Of a stretch of 64,000 nt of DNA, positions 29,547 through 38,899 are shown piece by piece (position 1 is the stretch's first letter; each line of letters begins with the position of its first letter). Position numbers and translations under genes: made by a program. The notes under the pieces were generated by a model. That model ran no database searches. It was given only the letters and a program-made list of their open reading frames with translations, and was not told where the DNA came from. Source of the DNA: Candidatus Moraniibacteriota bacterium (GTDB taxonomy: Bacteria > Patescibacteriota > Minisyncoccia > Moranbacterales > DUUL01); the NCBI GenBank assembly GCA_027008775.1, contig JALVDV010000004.1, positions 24,544 through 88,543 of the forward strand, in the 5' to 3' direction.

Positions 29547-30242
29547 ATGCGTGATTCTGTCAGTGAAAAAATCAGAAGAGAAACGGAAAGTGGTTACAAT
29601 CAGATAGCGAAAAAGTTTTCCGAGACCAGGAAATATTTTTGGTCTGACTTGCTTTGGTTGGCGGACTTGGTGAAGGACGGGGATATAGTTCTGGATTTTG
29701 GTTGCGGTAACGGTCGTTTGCGAAATTTGCTGGTGGACAAGGAAATAGAATATGTGGGAGTTGACATTTCTGACGAATTGCTGAAAGAAGCCCGAAAAAA
29801 GATAGTTTTTACACAAGAGAACTTTAAGAAAATTTCCGCCGGTGAAACCAGCCTAGCATTTAGCGGAGAAAATTTCAATGTTATTTTCAGTATTGCCACT
29901 TTTCATCATTTACCGGGGAAAAAGTATCGTCAGCAAATAGCTGCAGAGCTCTACAGAGTTTTGCGGAAGGAAGGAAGGTTGGTGGTGACTGTTTGGAACT
30001 TGCGACAAAGGAAATATTTAAAATATTTGTGGCGTAATTGGTGGAGGAAATTGAAAGGAAAAAGTCAATTAGATTGGAGTGATTGTTATATTCCTTTCAA
30101 AGATAATGAAGGAAATGTTTTTTGGCGTTATCACCATGCTTTTTCTCAAAGAAGTTTGAAAAAGTTGTTTGAAGAAGTCGGTTTTAGAAAAATTTCCGTT
30201 CGGAAGGTTGGCGGAAACTTGGTTTTGGTTGGTAAAAAATAG
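29547..30242 (+). CDS. Class I SAM methyltransferase resembling Trm9/ALKBH8 (cm5U34 methyltransferase)
   Basis: YNQIAKKFSETR..FW, LDFGCGNGR, SIATFHHL, RVLRKEGRLVVTVW, DCYIPF, RYHHAF..L parallel Trm9 motifs. Confidence 0.75.
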   Translation: MRDSVSEKIRRETESGYNQIAKKFSETRKYFWSDLLWLADLVKDGDIVLDFGCGNGRLRNLLVDKEIEYVGVDISDELLKEARKKIVFTQENFKKISAGETSLAFSGENFNVIFSIATFHHLPGKKYRQQIAAELYRVLRKEGRLVVTVWNLRQRKYLKYLWRNWWRKLKGKSQLDWSDCYIPFKDNEGNVFWRYHHAFSQRSLKKLFEEVGFRKISVRKVGGNLVLVGKK

Positions 30243-30263
30243 ACAAGGAAGGGAAAATGTTGT

Positions 30264-30318
30264 TTGACTTTGGGTTGGCTAGTTGTTATTATAGTGCATA
30301 GTTTTTGCCGTTCTTTGG
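30264..30318 (+). promoter_or_regulatory. tRNA operon promoter with boxA-like element
   Basis: TTGACT-17-TATTAT at 30264-30292; GTTCTTTGG at 30310-30318. Confidence 0.55.
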
Positions 30319-30322
30319 TAAT

Positions 30323-30394
30323 GGTCGCGTGGCCGAGTGGTTTAGGCAAGGGTCTGCAAAACCCTGTACCCCGGTTCAATTCCGGGCGCGACCT
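30323..30394 (+). tRNA. tRNA-Cys (GCA)
   Basis: GGTCGCG/CGCGACC acceptor stem; anticodon loop CT-GCA-AA; GGTTCAATTCC T-arm; discriminator U; no encoded CCA. Confidence 0.96.
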
Positions 30395-30424
30395 CATTTA
30401 TTTTTTAGTGAAATTTTTTAACAA

Positions 30425-30511
30425 GCCCGGGTGGTGGAACCGGTAGACACGCAGGACTTAAAATCCTGTGGAGTAAAATCCGTGCGGGTTCAAGTCCCGC
30501 CCCGGGCACCA
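30425..30511 (+). tRNA. tRNA-Leu (TAA)
   Basis: GCCCGGG/CCCGGGC acceptor stem; anticodon loop CT-TAA-AA; long variable arm; GGTTCAAGTCC; encoded CCA. Confidence 0.96.
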
Positions 30512-30522
30512 GAATTTGACTT

Positions 30523-30545
30523 GTCGGCCAAAGGCCGATTTTTTT
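30523..30545 (+). terminator. Terminator after the tRNA pair
   Basis: TCGGCC-aaa-GGCCGA followed by TTTTTTT. Confidence 0.65.
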
Positions 30546-30695
30546 GTTGGCGAGAGTGAAAGAAAGGTGGTGTTGGAGGTGGTGGGGCGTAGGAATGTTT
30601 TGATGAAAAATGTCGCTGGAAGTGTTTTATGGGAAGACGGGGCTTGGTGTTTGTGAGAGTAATCTGATAAATGTTTGAATGGGGCGGATATTGAT

Positions 30696-30724
30696 TTGCA
30701 TATATCAAAATATATTGATATAAT
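30696..30724 (+). promoter_or_regulatory. Promoter with overlapping ArsR-type operator
   Basis: TTGCAT-17-TATAAT with inverted repeat TATATCAA-N6-TTGATATA (30701-30722), just upstream of arsR. Confidence 0.65.
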
Positions 30725-30733
30725 ATTTTTGCT

Positions 30734-31048
30734 ATGGTGAAGAATAATTGTGTCAGTAAGAAAAAGAAAAAGGATTTGGAGGGAGTCATTGATTTTTTGA
30801 AGGCGCTTTCGGACGGGACGCGTTTGCAAATTCTTTGTTTATTGAGAAAGGAAGAGAAGTGTGTTTGTGAGATTATTGGTTTTTTGAATTTGCCGCAAAA
30901 CCTTGTGTCGCATCATTTAAAAGTCTTGCGTGACGCCGGGTTGGTAGAGGCGCGCAAAAGCGGGGTGCAAGTTTTTTATAAGATAAAAGATGCGGACGTG
31001 CAAAAGCATATCAATCATTTGCAAAAGTTAATTACAAAATCTGAATAA
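30734..31048 (+). CDS. ArsR/SmtB family transcriptional regulator
   Basis: LKALSDGTRLQIL..EKCVCEI...QNLVSHHLKVLRDAGLV. Confidence 0.93.
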   Translation: MVKNNCVSKKKKKDLEGVIDFLKALSDGTRLQILCLLRKEEKCVCEIIGFLNLPQNLVSHHLKVLRDAGLVEARKSGVQVFYKIKDADVQKHINHLQKLITKSE

Positions 31049-31054
31049 AGACGT

Positions 31055-31372
31055 ATGAACAAAATAAAACTCGGAATATTGCTTGGAATCGTCGTCGGGA
31101 TTATTGATGTTATCCCAATGGTATTTGTGGGTTTAACTTGGGATGCAAATTTATCCGCGTTTTTTCATTGGGTTGTTGTCGGTTTTTTGATAGCGACGGT
31201 TGATATAAAAATGAGAGGTGTTTTGAAGGGAATATTTATATCCGTTATTACTCTTGTTCCGTTGGCATTTTTGGTGTGGTGGAAAGATGGATCAAGTATA
31301 ATACCGATGACTGCGTCAACTATTGTTTATGGAGTGATATTGGGATTTTTTATAGACAAATATGGTAAATAA
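31055..31372 (+). CDS. Small four-TM membrane protein
   Basis: Hydrophobic 105-aa ORF (GIIDVIPM) within the operon. Confidence 0.7.
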   Translation: MNKIKLGILLGIVVGIIDVIPMVFVGLTWDANLSAFFHWVVVGFLIATVDIKMRGVLKGIFISVITLVPLAFLVWWKDGSSIIPMTASTIVYGVILGFFIDKYGK

Positions 31373-31391
31373 TTTTTTAAATAGCAAAAAT

Positions 31392-31649
31392 ATGCAAAAG
31401 ATAAAAATCCAGGTCTTTGGTTCGGGATGTCCAACTTGTGAGATGCTTTATAATCGTGTTTCCAAGGTGGCAAAGGAGATCAGTCCGGAATTGGAGGTTG
31501 ATTATATTACCAATATCAGAAAGATGGTAGAGCTGGGAGCGATGAGTTCCCCGGTTTTCGCCATTGATAAGCGAATAATTACTGCCGGGCAGTTGCCGGA
31601 GGAAGAAGAAATCAAAAAAGCTATTGAGGCGAGATTAGCTGATAAATAG
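31392..31649 (+). CDS. Small thioredoxin-fold redox protein (MTH895-like)
   Basis: IQVFGSGCPTC, MSSPVFAID. Confidence 0.85.
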   Translation: MQKIKIQVFGSGCPTCEMLYNRVSKVAKEISPELEVDYITNIRKMVELGAMSSPVFAIDKRIITAGQLPEEEEIKKAIEARLADK

Positions 31650-31688
31650 AGAGTATTAATTATTAAGAATTAACATTAACAAAAAGAT

Positions 31689-32480
31689 ATGTTGGAAAAT
31701 ATTTTATTGACCAGTTTAATTGTAGGCGTGGTTACGGCCGGTCTGAAGATTCGCTTTGATCGGTTTTTCACAATTTTGTTGCTCTTGTTTATTTTTGGCC
31801 TAAACATTAGGGAGGCGGTGAATGTTTTTCTGTGGGTTATTATGTTGGGAGCTTTGGTAATTATTTTTCAAAACAGAAAGAAGATTACTCAGCTACCAAA
31901 GGTAATGAAAAAGAAGCTATTTGTTGTAATTCCGATTTTTACTTTAATTGCTTCTTGGGTGGGAACGTTATTGTTTGAAAATGTTAGTGATACAGTTCTG
32001 ATTGTGACTTTGGGTGTTTTGGCGATTCTTTATGGCCTGCGTTTAATATTTGTGCATTTCCAAGAGTATGAACTGGAATTTAAAGAGGGGCATCCGACGA
32101 TTAGCAAAGCGTGTGGATTGTTGGGGCCTTGGATTAGCGGATTTTTCATTGGTTTTATTGGTACCTCACTTAAACCTTTAAAAATTCCTTTTGCCGTTAA
32201 AATTGGCAAGATGAATGTTAAACAAGTTTATCTGGGAAATGTGATTGTGGCATTTTTCGCTTCGGTATTTGCTGTGGTATGGCATCATCTTTTAGCTAAA
32301 CAAGTATTGGCTGACTGGTGGGAAGAAGCGGTTCTAGGTATTATCTTGTGGTTTGGTATTCATTTTATTTATGAAGCGACTGACAAAGTTTTTCCGCCGA
32401 AGTGGCGAAAGGTTTTCCAGGTTTTGGTTGGAATTATTCTTCTTTTGGTTTCTGTAAAGATTTTTATGTTGGTTAAATAA
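31689..32480 (+). CDS. Multi-TM membrane protein, TauE/SafE-like exporter candidate
   Basis: About eight TMs with a two-repeat layout and an SGFFIGFIG motif. Confidence 0.55.
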   Translation: MLENILLTSLIVGVVTAGLKIRFDRFFTILLLLFIFGLNIREAVNVFLWVIMLGALVIIFQNRKKITQLPKVMKKKLFVVIPIFTLIASWVGTLLFENVSDTVLIVTLGVLAILYGLRLIFVHFQEYELEFKEGHPTISKACGLLGPWISGFFIGFIGTSLKPLKIPFAVKIGKMNVKQVYLGNVIVAFFASVFAVVWHHLLAKQVLADWWEEAVLGIILWFGIHFIYEATDKVFPPKWRKVFQVLVGIILLLVSVKIFMLVK

Positions 32481-32493
32481 CCATTAAAACGAT

Positions 32494-33384
32494 ATGTCAC
32501 ATAATCACGCGCATAAAGCTCCAAAGACAATTTCCGGTTTAATGGTCGCTATCGGCATAAATATTGTGATTACGGTTTTTGAGATTGTTTTGGGAATTGT
32601 GGCGAACAGTTTGGCTTTAATATCCGATGCCGCTCACAATTTAACGGATATCGGTTCAATGGTTTTGGGTTATGTAACTGAAAAGATGGTTGCTCGTCCG
32701 GCCAATGATAAAAGGACCTATGGTTATAGAAAGATGGAATTCGTAACCGCCTTTGTCAATGGGCTTATTCTATTATTGGTAACCGGCTATATTTTATACG
32801 AAGGTATCATTAGATTATTTACGGCTCCGGAAGTGATAAGTGGGGTAATGTTCTATGTTGGACTGATTGCCTTATTGGGGAATACAATAGCTACTTGGAT
32901 TTTAACAAAAAGTTCCAAGAATAATACTAATATGCAGGCAGTGTGGTTGCATTCTTTACAAGATGCCCTTTCTTCTCTGGGAGTTGTTATGGGAGCCGTT
33001 ATTATTAAATTTACCGGTTGGAATATTGTTGACCCGGTCATCTCTATTTTAATTGCCGTTTTTTTAATTAAAAGTATTTATCATTTGATTAAAAGAACTG
33101 TGGATGCTTTACTGGATTCTGTGCCGGAAGGAATTGACTACGAAGAGGTGAAGCGAGATTTATTGCAAATCAAGGGAGTGACTAAGCTTAACGATTTGCA
33201 TATTTGGTTGGAGAGTTCTCGTTTGCCGATGTTGTCAGTGCATTTACAAATTGAAGACTTGAATGATTTGGAGCAGATTTTTCAAGAAGCAAAAAAGCTT
33301 TTGTTTGATAAATATCATATTGAGCACACAACGATTCAGATTATTCCGGTGGATTTTGAAATGAAGTCTGAGTATTGCAATTAA
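32494..33384 (+). CDS. Cation diffusion facilitator (CzcD/ZitB-type)
   Basis: His-rich N-terminus; SLALISDAAHNLTD, TYGY, HSLQDALSS, DLHIW, HTTIQI. Confidence 0.93.
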   Translation: MSHNHAHKAPKTISGLMVAIGINIVITVFEIVLGIVANSLALISDAAHNLTDIGSMVLGYVTEKMVARPANDKRTYGYRKMEFVTAFVNGLILLLVTGYILYEGIIRLFTAPEVISGVMFYVGLIALLGNTIATWILTKSSKNNTNMQAVWLHSLQDALSSLGVVMGAVIIKFTGWNIVDPVISILIAVFLIKSIYHLIKRTVDALLDSVPEGIDYEEVKRDLLQIKGVTKLNDLHIWLESSRLPMLSVHLQIEDLNDLEQIFQEAKKLLFDKYHIEHTTIQIIPVDFEMKSEYCN

Positions 33385-33397
33385 CTCATAAATTTTT

Positions 33398-34369
33398 ATG
33401 GACATTTTTTATCCTTTTGAGTGGTTGGCTGATTATATTACTTTTGTTGTTTTTCATTTACAAGCTGATACTCGTTTGGCGGAGGCTTGTCATTTTTTTA
33501 TTTATGACTCTCTGAAAATTTTGGTGTTGATTTTATTGATTACTCATTTAATGAGTTTGTTGCGGTATTATTTACCGGTGGAGAAGTTGCGTGATTTTCT
33601 CAAAAGTCGCAATTTTTATGGACTGGATTATTTTTTGGCGACGATTTTTGGAGCGGTGACACCGTTTTGTTCTTGTTCATCTATTCCGCTTTTTATCGGC
33701 TTCGTGGAGGCGGGAATTCCTTTGGGTGTTACTTTTGCTTTTTTGATTGCCTCACCGCTTATCAACGAGGTAGCGCTGGCTCTTTTTATCGGAATGTTCG
33801 GTTTGAAAATTACCGCTCTTTATGTTGGGGCGGGGATTGCCATTGGAATTGTTGGTGGATTTATTATTGAGCATTTACATCTGGAGAGGTTTGTGGAGGA
33901 CTTTGTTTGGCAAGTAAAAAGTCAGCCTCGGCAGATTGAGAGAAAAAAAGCTTCCTGGAAAGAAGTTGTCAGAAATGTTTCCAGAGAAGCTTTGGGTATT
34001 ACAAAGAAAATTGTTTGGTATGTATTGGCCGGAGTTGGAATTGGCGCTTTAATTCACGGATACGTTCCGCAAGGATTTTTTGCCGCATATTTACAAAAAG
34101 CCGGCTGGTGGGGTGTGCCGTTGGCGGTGATTTTGGCAGTTCCACTTTACTCCAATGCCAGTGGAGTGATTCCGATTATGCAATCTTTGGTGGAAAAGGG
34201 GGTGCCCTTGGGTACGGCCCTGGCTTTGATGATGGCGATTGTCGGTGTTTCTTTGCCCGAGGCCTTAATTCTGAAGAAAGTGATTAAATGGCCATTGCTG
34301 ACTATCTTTTTCGGTATTGTCACCTTAGGGATTATTTTGATTGGCTATTTGTTTAATGTGATTTTGTAA
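33398..34369 (+). CDS. ArsP (DUF318) family permease
   Basis: TPFCSCSSIP, AFLIASPLINE, AVPLYSN, GVSLPE. Confidence 0.9.
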   Translation: MDIFYPFEWLADYITFVVFHLQADTRLAEACHFFIYDSLKILVLILLITHLMSLLRYYLPVEKLRDFLKSRNFYGLDYFLATIFGAVTPFCSCSSIPLFIGFVEAGIPLGVTFAFLIASPLINEVALALFIGMFGLKITALYVGAGIAIGIVGGFIIEHLHLERFVEDFVWQVKSQPRQIERKKASWKEVVRNVSREALGITKKIVWYVLAGVGIGALIHGYVPQGFFAAYLQKAGWWGVPLAVILAVPLYSNASGVIPIMQSLVEKGVPLGTALALMMAIVGVSLPEALILKKVIKWPLLTIFFGIVTLGIILIGYLFNVIL

Positions 34370-34472
34370 GTAGCCAGAAAGCAAGCAAAAGTTTATTTGT
34401 AAGGCAGGGTTAGCTTTCAATAATGTTTATTGCTTAGTTGATAGGAATTGATTTGGTTGATTTTAATTGTAC

Positions 34473-35468
34473 TTATTCTATCAGTAGGCCGTTTTTGGTG
34501 GCTTTGATTTTTCCTTCTATTTCAAAGCCGCTGGCCAATTTGTGGCCCCCGCCGTTGAACATCTGAGCGATTTTGGCGACGTCAACTTTTTTGTAAACTT
34601 CGGAGCGAAGAGAGGCCTTGATTTTGTTTCCTTCTCTTTCGGTCAGCATCAAGGAAAATTTGGTGTCAGCAATAGTGTTAAGCAATTCGGAAAGTTTGGA
34701 AGAGTCCAGTTCTTGGACGGAAACATTGTATTTCTCCAAATCTTTTTTGGTGAGATAGGAAACGGCCATGCCGGTTTTCTTGTTGATACGAACTCTTTCA
34801 ATGGCCAGTCCCCACAGTTTAAGAACATTGACCGATTTGTCGGCGGAAAGGGCGCGGTAAACTTTGCCGATGGAAGCGCCTTTGCGTACCAATTGGCCGG
34901 CTATTTCCAAAACTTCCGGACTGGTATTGTTGTGCTTGAAGCCGCCGGTGTCAAACCAAATTCCGTTGAGAAGATATTGGGCTATTTCCGGATCAAGAGG
35001 AAAATCAATTTTTTCCAGGAAACGGAAAATGATTTCGGAAGTGGAAGAAGCGGAAACAGCCCTGATGTTGAGAGCTTCTTTAATGTTTGTTTGGGGATGA
35101 TGGTCAATGTTGACTATTTTCGGCGGTTGAGTAAGTTGCTTAATTTTTTCCGGGAAACCTAACTTTTCATAGACATCTCCGCGGTCTAGAAAAATAATAA
35201 CTTCTTTATTAGACAGGTTTAAATCGGTGGATATTTTTTTGAGATTGAAGAGGCTTTTCAGATTTTCGCTTGGTTCGTTGACACTGTAAATCTCAGTTTT
35301 TTTGGGAGTTTTTTTGTCGGCAAGAGAAGCAATGTATTTTTGTAAAGCAAAAGCCGAGCCGAGGGCGTCGGCATCCGGAGAAGGGTGGACTACCAAAAGA
35401 AAATTATTTTTTTGTCTGAGCAGGGAGTCCAATTTTAAAAATTTCTCTTGGAGAAGATTTGGTTTCAT
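34473..35468 (-). CDS. DHH/DHHA1 phosphoesterase (NrnA-like)
   Basis: HPSPDADALGS, NIDHH, DTGGF, ASLRS, GGGHKLASG; follows rbfA. Confidence 0.9.
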   Translation of the reverse strand: MKPNLLQEKFLKLDSLLRQKNNFLLVVHPSPDADALGSAFALQKYIASLADKKTPKKTEIYSVNEPSENLKSLFNLKKISTDLNLSNKEVIIFLDRGDVYEKLGFPEKIKQLTQPPKIVNIDHHPQTNIKEALNIRAVSASSTSEIIFRFLEKIDFPLDPEIAQYLLNGIWFDTGGFKHNNTSPEVLEIAGQLVRKGASIGKVYRALSADKSVNVLKLWGLAIERVRINKKTGMAVSYLTKKDLEKYNVSVQELDSSKLSELLNTIADTKFSLMLTEREGNKIKASLRSEVYKKVDVAKIAQMFNGGGHKLASGFEIEGKIKATKNGLLIE

Positions 35469-35551
35469 AAAAACAAATTCTTTGCTGAATTCTAAAATTC
35501 TAAAAATAGAAGAGAAAAGGATTATTTGATTTATATCGGACAAGTGTCCAA

Positions 35552-35911
35552 TTATTTCTCTTTCTCTTTCTCTTTCTCTTTCTTAATTTTTTGGAAAAGT
35601 TCTTCCAGCTCAGTGACTTTTTCGCCGGTTCGGTCTACAACAAATCTAAGACGAGGAAAAGTGCGAGCGGAAAATTTTTGATTAAACTTTTTTTGGATTC
35701 GGTAGATTTCCTTTTGGAGAGTTTTGAGGGCATAATCGGTTTCCTCCGAAGGGAAAATGCTAACGAATATTTTAGTGTAGTTTAAATCTTTGGATGTGTC
35801 AACCTTGGTGATGGAAACAAAAACTCCTTTTTTCAAGGAGAGATTTTTTTTGATAATTGAGGAAACGTGTTCTTTAATAAAATCGTTTACTTTTCTGATT
35901 CGCTTGGACAT
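35552..35911 (-). CDS. rbfA: Ribosome-binding factor A
   Basis: RIRKVNDFIKEHVS...ITKVDTSKDL...PRLRFVVD; directly after infB. Confidence 0.9.
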   Translation of the reverse strand: MSKRIRKVNDFIKEHVSSIIKKNLSLKKGVFVSITKVDTSKDLNYTKIFVSIFPSEETDYALKTLQKEIYRIQKKFNQKFSARTFPRLRFVVDRTGEKVTELEELFQKIKKEKEKEKEK

Positions 35912-35936
35912 AGGCTTAAAAAACAAAAGGGGAGGA

Positions 35937-37709
35937 TTAAATTTTTCTTTTTATTTGTTCTTCTTGGAAGCAAATCAAGGTGTCGCCCACTTGGATCTTA
36001 TCAGTTCCGCTAAAAGTTAGACCACATTCAAAGTTCTCTTTAACTTCTTGAACGTCTTCTTTATTGTGTTGTAGTTGAGTAAGTTCTCCTTGGCCAACGG
36101 GAGTTTTGTCACGAATAATTTCCAACCGTTTTCCTTTAACCATTTTGCCGTTAGTGACTTTGCCACCGACAATCATACTCTTTTTAGTTGTTTTGAAAAT
36201 AGCCAATACTTTTAGTCGTCCCAAATCGGTTCTTTTAATTTCCGGTTCCAAACGTTCAGACATTTCTTCTTTAACATCCTCTATCAGCTCGTAGATAATT
36301 TGAAAATTCTTGATGGAGACGCCGGTTTTTTGCGCCAGTTGTTTAGCCGATTCGGTGGGATAAATGTTGAATCCATAAATGGTGGCTTGGTCGGTTTGAG
36401 CGATTTGAACATCTTTTTCCGTAATTGGTCCAACTTCTGAACTGATGATTTTGAGAGCGATTTCGTCCGATTGAATGGTCTTTAGAACTTGCTCCAGCGC
36501 TTCCAGGGTGCCGTGAGTGTCCGCTTTGAGAATGATGAAATATTTTTTCATTAAAGCGGCGTTGATGTTGTTGATGATAGTGGAAGAGTCCAGTGGCTGG
36601 TTTTGCTTTTCTTCTTGTTTATTTTTTTCTTTTTTGCGTATTTCCTCTTGGCTGGCTAGGCGAAGAACTTCGTTGTTGGCGGGAATTTGGGTGAGACCGT
36701 AGATGGTAATGGGCATGGAAGGAGTGGCTTCTTCAATGCTTTGTCCCAGGTAGTTTTCTATTTTGCGAATACGACTGATGTGACCATTGATAATGACATT
36801 TTGTCCCACCTTCAGAGTGCCGGTTTTAATTATGACATTGGCCAGAATTCCTTTGCGGGGATCTTTTTTGCTTTCCAGAATAACGCCGACGGCATCTCGG
36901 TTGTAATCGGCTTTTAATTCGTGAATATCGGCCAGAAGCAAAATCGTGTCCAAAAGGGAGTCAAGATTTATGTTCTTCTTGGCGGAAATCTCCACTACGG
37001 GAACATCGCCACCATAGCCTTCAACTAGGATTCCTCGCTCGGCCAATTCTTGTTTGACACGGTTAACATCGGCATTTGGTTTGTCTATTTTGTTGATGGC
37101 CACAACCAAAGGGGTTTGATGTTCTTTGACAAAATTGATAACTTCTTCCGTTTGGGGTTTAACGCCGTCGTCGGCAGCGATTACCAGAACGGCGATATCA
37201 GCCAGGCTGGCGCCTCTTTCGCGCATGGCTTGAAAAGCTTCGTGGCCGGGAGTATCAATAAAAGTGATTAAACGATCTTTTTCTTTCACTTGATAGGAAC
37301 TGATGTGCTGAGTGATTCCACCGGCTTCCTTGTCGGCGATTTTTGTTTGTTTAAGTGTGTCCAAAAGGGTGGTTTTACCGTGGTCAACGTGTCCTAGGAC
37401 AGTGACGATGGGAGGGCGATTTTTGAGATTTTTTTTCTTCTTATCCTCTGCCAGTAATTCTTCCAATTCATCCAAACTATTCTTATTGTTTTCTTTAGAA
37501 TCGCCGTTTTCTTTTATCAAGCTCGTTTTTCTACCCAATTCTTCGCTGATGATGGCGGCTATTTCGTAATCCAAGAGTTCATTAACAGTGGCCATGACAC
37601 CGTTGGACATCATGGTTTTAATTAAATCGGTGACGGGAATATTCAATTTTTCAGCCAAATCGCCCACTTTGATTTTAGCGGGCAATTTAACCACTTCTTT
37701 TTCCGGCAT
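35937..37709 (-). CDS. infB: Translation initiation factor IF-2
   Basis: [38 protein letters not shown]. Confidence 0.97.
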   Translation of the reverse strand: MPEKEVVKLPAKIKVGDLAEKLNIPVTDLIKTMMSNGVMATVNELLDYEIAAIISEELGRKTSLIKENGDSKENNKNSLDELEELLAEDKKKKNLKNRPPIVTVLGHVDHGKTTLLDTLKQTKIADKEAGGITQHISSYQVKEKDRLITFIDTPGHEAFQAMRERGASLADIAVLVIAADDGVKPQTEEVINFVKEHQTPLVVAINKIDKPNADVNRVKQELAERGILVEGYGGDVPVVEISAKKNINLDSLLDTILLLADIHELKADYNRDAVGVILESKKDPRKGILANVIIKTGTLKVGQNVIINGHISRIRKIENYLGQSIEEATPSMPITIYGLTQIPANNEVLRLASQEEIRKKEKNKQEEKQNQPLDSSTIINNINAALMKKYFIILKADTHGTLEALEQVLKTIQSDEIALKIISSEVGPITEKDVQIAQTDQATIYGFNIYPTESAKQLAQKTGVSIKNFQIIYELIEDVKEEMSERLEPEIKRTDLGRLKVLAIFKTTKKSMIVGGKVTNGKMVKGKRLEIIRDKTPVGQGELTQLQHNKEDVQEVKENFECGLTFSGTDKIQVGDTLICFQEEQIKRKI

Positions 37710-37825
37710 TTGGTTGTTTTAAAGTGGATTTTTTAAACTTTCTTAACCCCTGGATTTTAGCTTTTTTTGGCGGAAAAGTCAAATTTTGTTTGAAGCTAGT
37801 CAGGCAAATTGAGATTCGGGTAAAA

Positions 37826-38311
37826 TTATCTTTGCATGGCTATTTGAATGGCTTGTTTTTCCTCCTCAGTTAAAGGAAATTCTTTGGGAGATTGGCCGTT
37901 TTGAATTGTTTTGGCATAGAGTCGGGAGTTATCGCTGGAGTAGAGGGAGGAGATGACCAGGCCGTTGTTGTAGTCATTTAAAAAGGCAATGGAGAAGCTT
38001 TGGTTGCCACCCAGGTTTTTAAAGGGATTAAATCTGATCATACCCACTTTGCTGAGTCCAACTTTGGCCAGTTGGTCCAGTTGGTTATGCAATTCAAAAA
38101 GCCTTTTGACTTTTTTGGTAAGAAGGGCGATTTCTTTTTCTTCTTGCAGGATAATTTCTTCCAAGTCTTTAGCTTTTTTGCCACGGAAGAGTTCGCTTTG
38201 TTTCTTTTTGACTTTTGTTAAGGAGATCTGCAAAAGAATTAACCAAAGAAACAAAAGGAGGTTTGTTCCCAGAGAAAGATAAATCAAGTTATTGCTGGAA
38301 AGGATGTTCAT
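37826..38311 (-). CDS. DUF4446 family protein
   Basis: KVGMIRFNPF..GGNQSFSIA...GLVISSL...YAK...LTEEEKQAI. Confidence 0.82.
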   Translation of the reverse strand: MNILSSNNLIYLSLGTNLLLFLWLILLQISLTKVKKKQSELFRGKKAKDLEEIILQEEKEIALLTKKVKRLFELHNQLDQLAKVGLSKVGMIRFNPFKNLGGNQSFSIAFLNDYNNGLVISSLYSSDNSRLYAKTIQNGQSPKEFPLTEEEKQAIQIAMQR

Positions 38312-38370
38312 ATTTTCGTTTTTTACTTTTTAGGTTTTAAGTTTACTTTTTCCGGTTTGCTTGTGGTGGA

Positions 38371-38895
38371 TTAATCCAATAGATTATTGTCTTTTAATTT
38401 TTTGATAATTTGTTTTAACAGACGTCGCTTGCCTTTTTGTTTGGTTGAGTTGGCTATCTTTAGAGCTTGTCGGTAGTCGGCCCAATGATAGCCGGCAAAT
38501 TCTCGTGGTTGAGGCAGGTGGCCAGTGGCGCTGGGAATAACAATGAAAAAATATTTCTTGCCAAGCATAAAAATTTTTCGTCCAGAGTCGGTTTGTAGGG
38601 GACGTGTTCCTTGTGTTTGTTGGGGAAATATTATTTTGTCAGCGCCGATTATTTTCATTCTATCAATTTGTAAGTTTTTTGCAAAATCTTTACCCAGTTC
38701 CTCTGTCATTTCTCGGCGAACGGTTTGCCGGATATTTTCTTGATTATCTATACCTCCCTGGGGCAGTTGCCAGAGTTGAAACTTTGGTTGATAAACGAAA
38801 AGCAGTTTACGTTGGTGTAAAATACAAGCCACTATTTGAGGGCGGAGTTGTTTTTTTCTGATGTCGTCAATTTCTTTAAGAGTCGGTTCTTTCAT
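38371..38895 (-). CDS. NUDIX hydrolase (RppH-like)
   Basis: WQLPQGGIDNQENIRQTVRREMTEELG. Confidence 0.85.
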   Translation of the reverse strand: MKEPTLKEIDDIRKKQLRPQIVACILHQRKLLFVYQPKFQLWQLPQGGIDNQENIRQTVRREMTEELGKDFAKNLQIDRMKIIGADKIIFPQQTQGTRPLQTDSGRKIFMLGKKYFFIVIPSATGHLPQPREFAGYHWADYRQALKIANSTKQKGKRRLLKQIIKKLKDNNLLD

Positions 38896-38899
38896 TGTT

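Noticed and set aside
29505-29816. N-terminal extension of Elp3 in the ORF track
   Set aside because: It is the antisense of the methyltransferase gene; the likely start is 29504.
35555-35582. (TTTCTC)n microsatellite at the rbfA 3' end
   Set aside because: It is an in-frame hexamer encoding a KE tail, with no phase-variation consequence.
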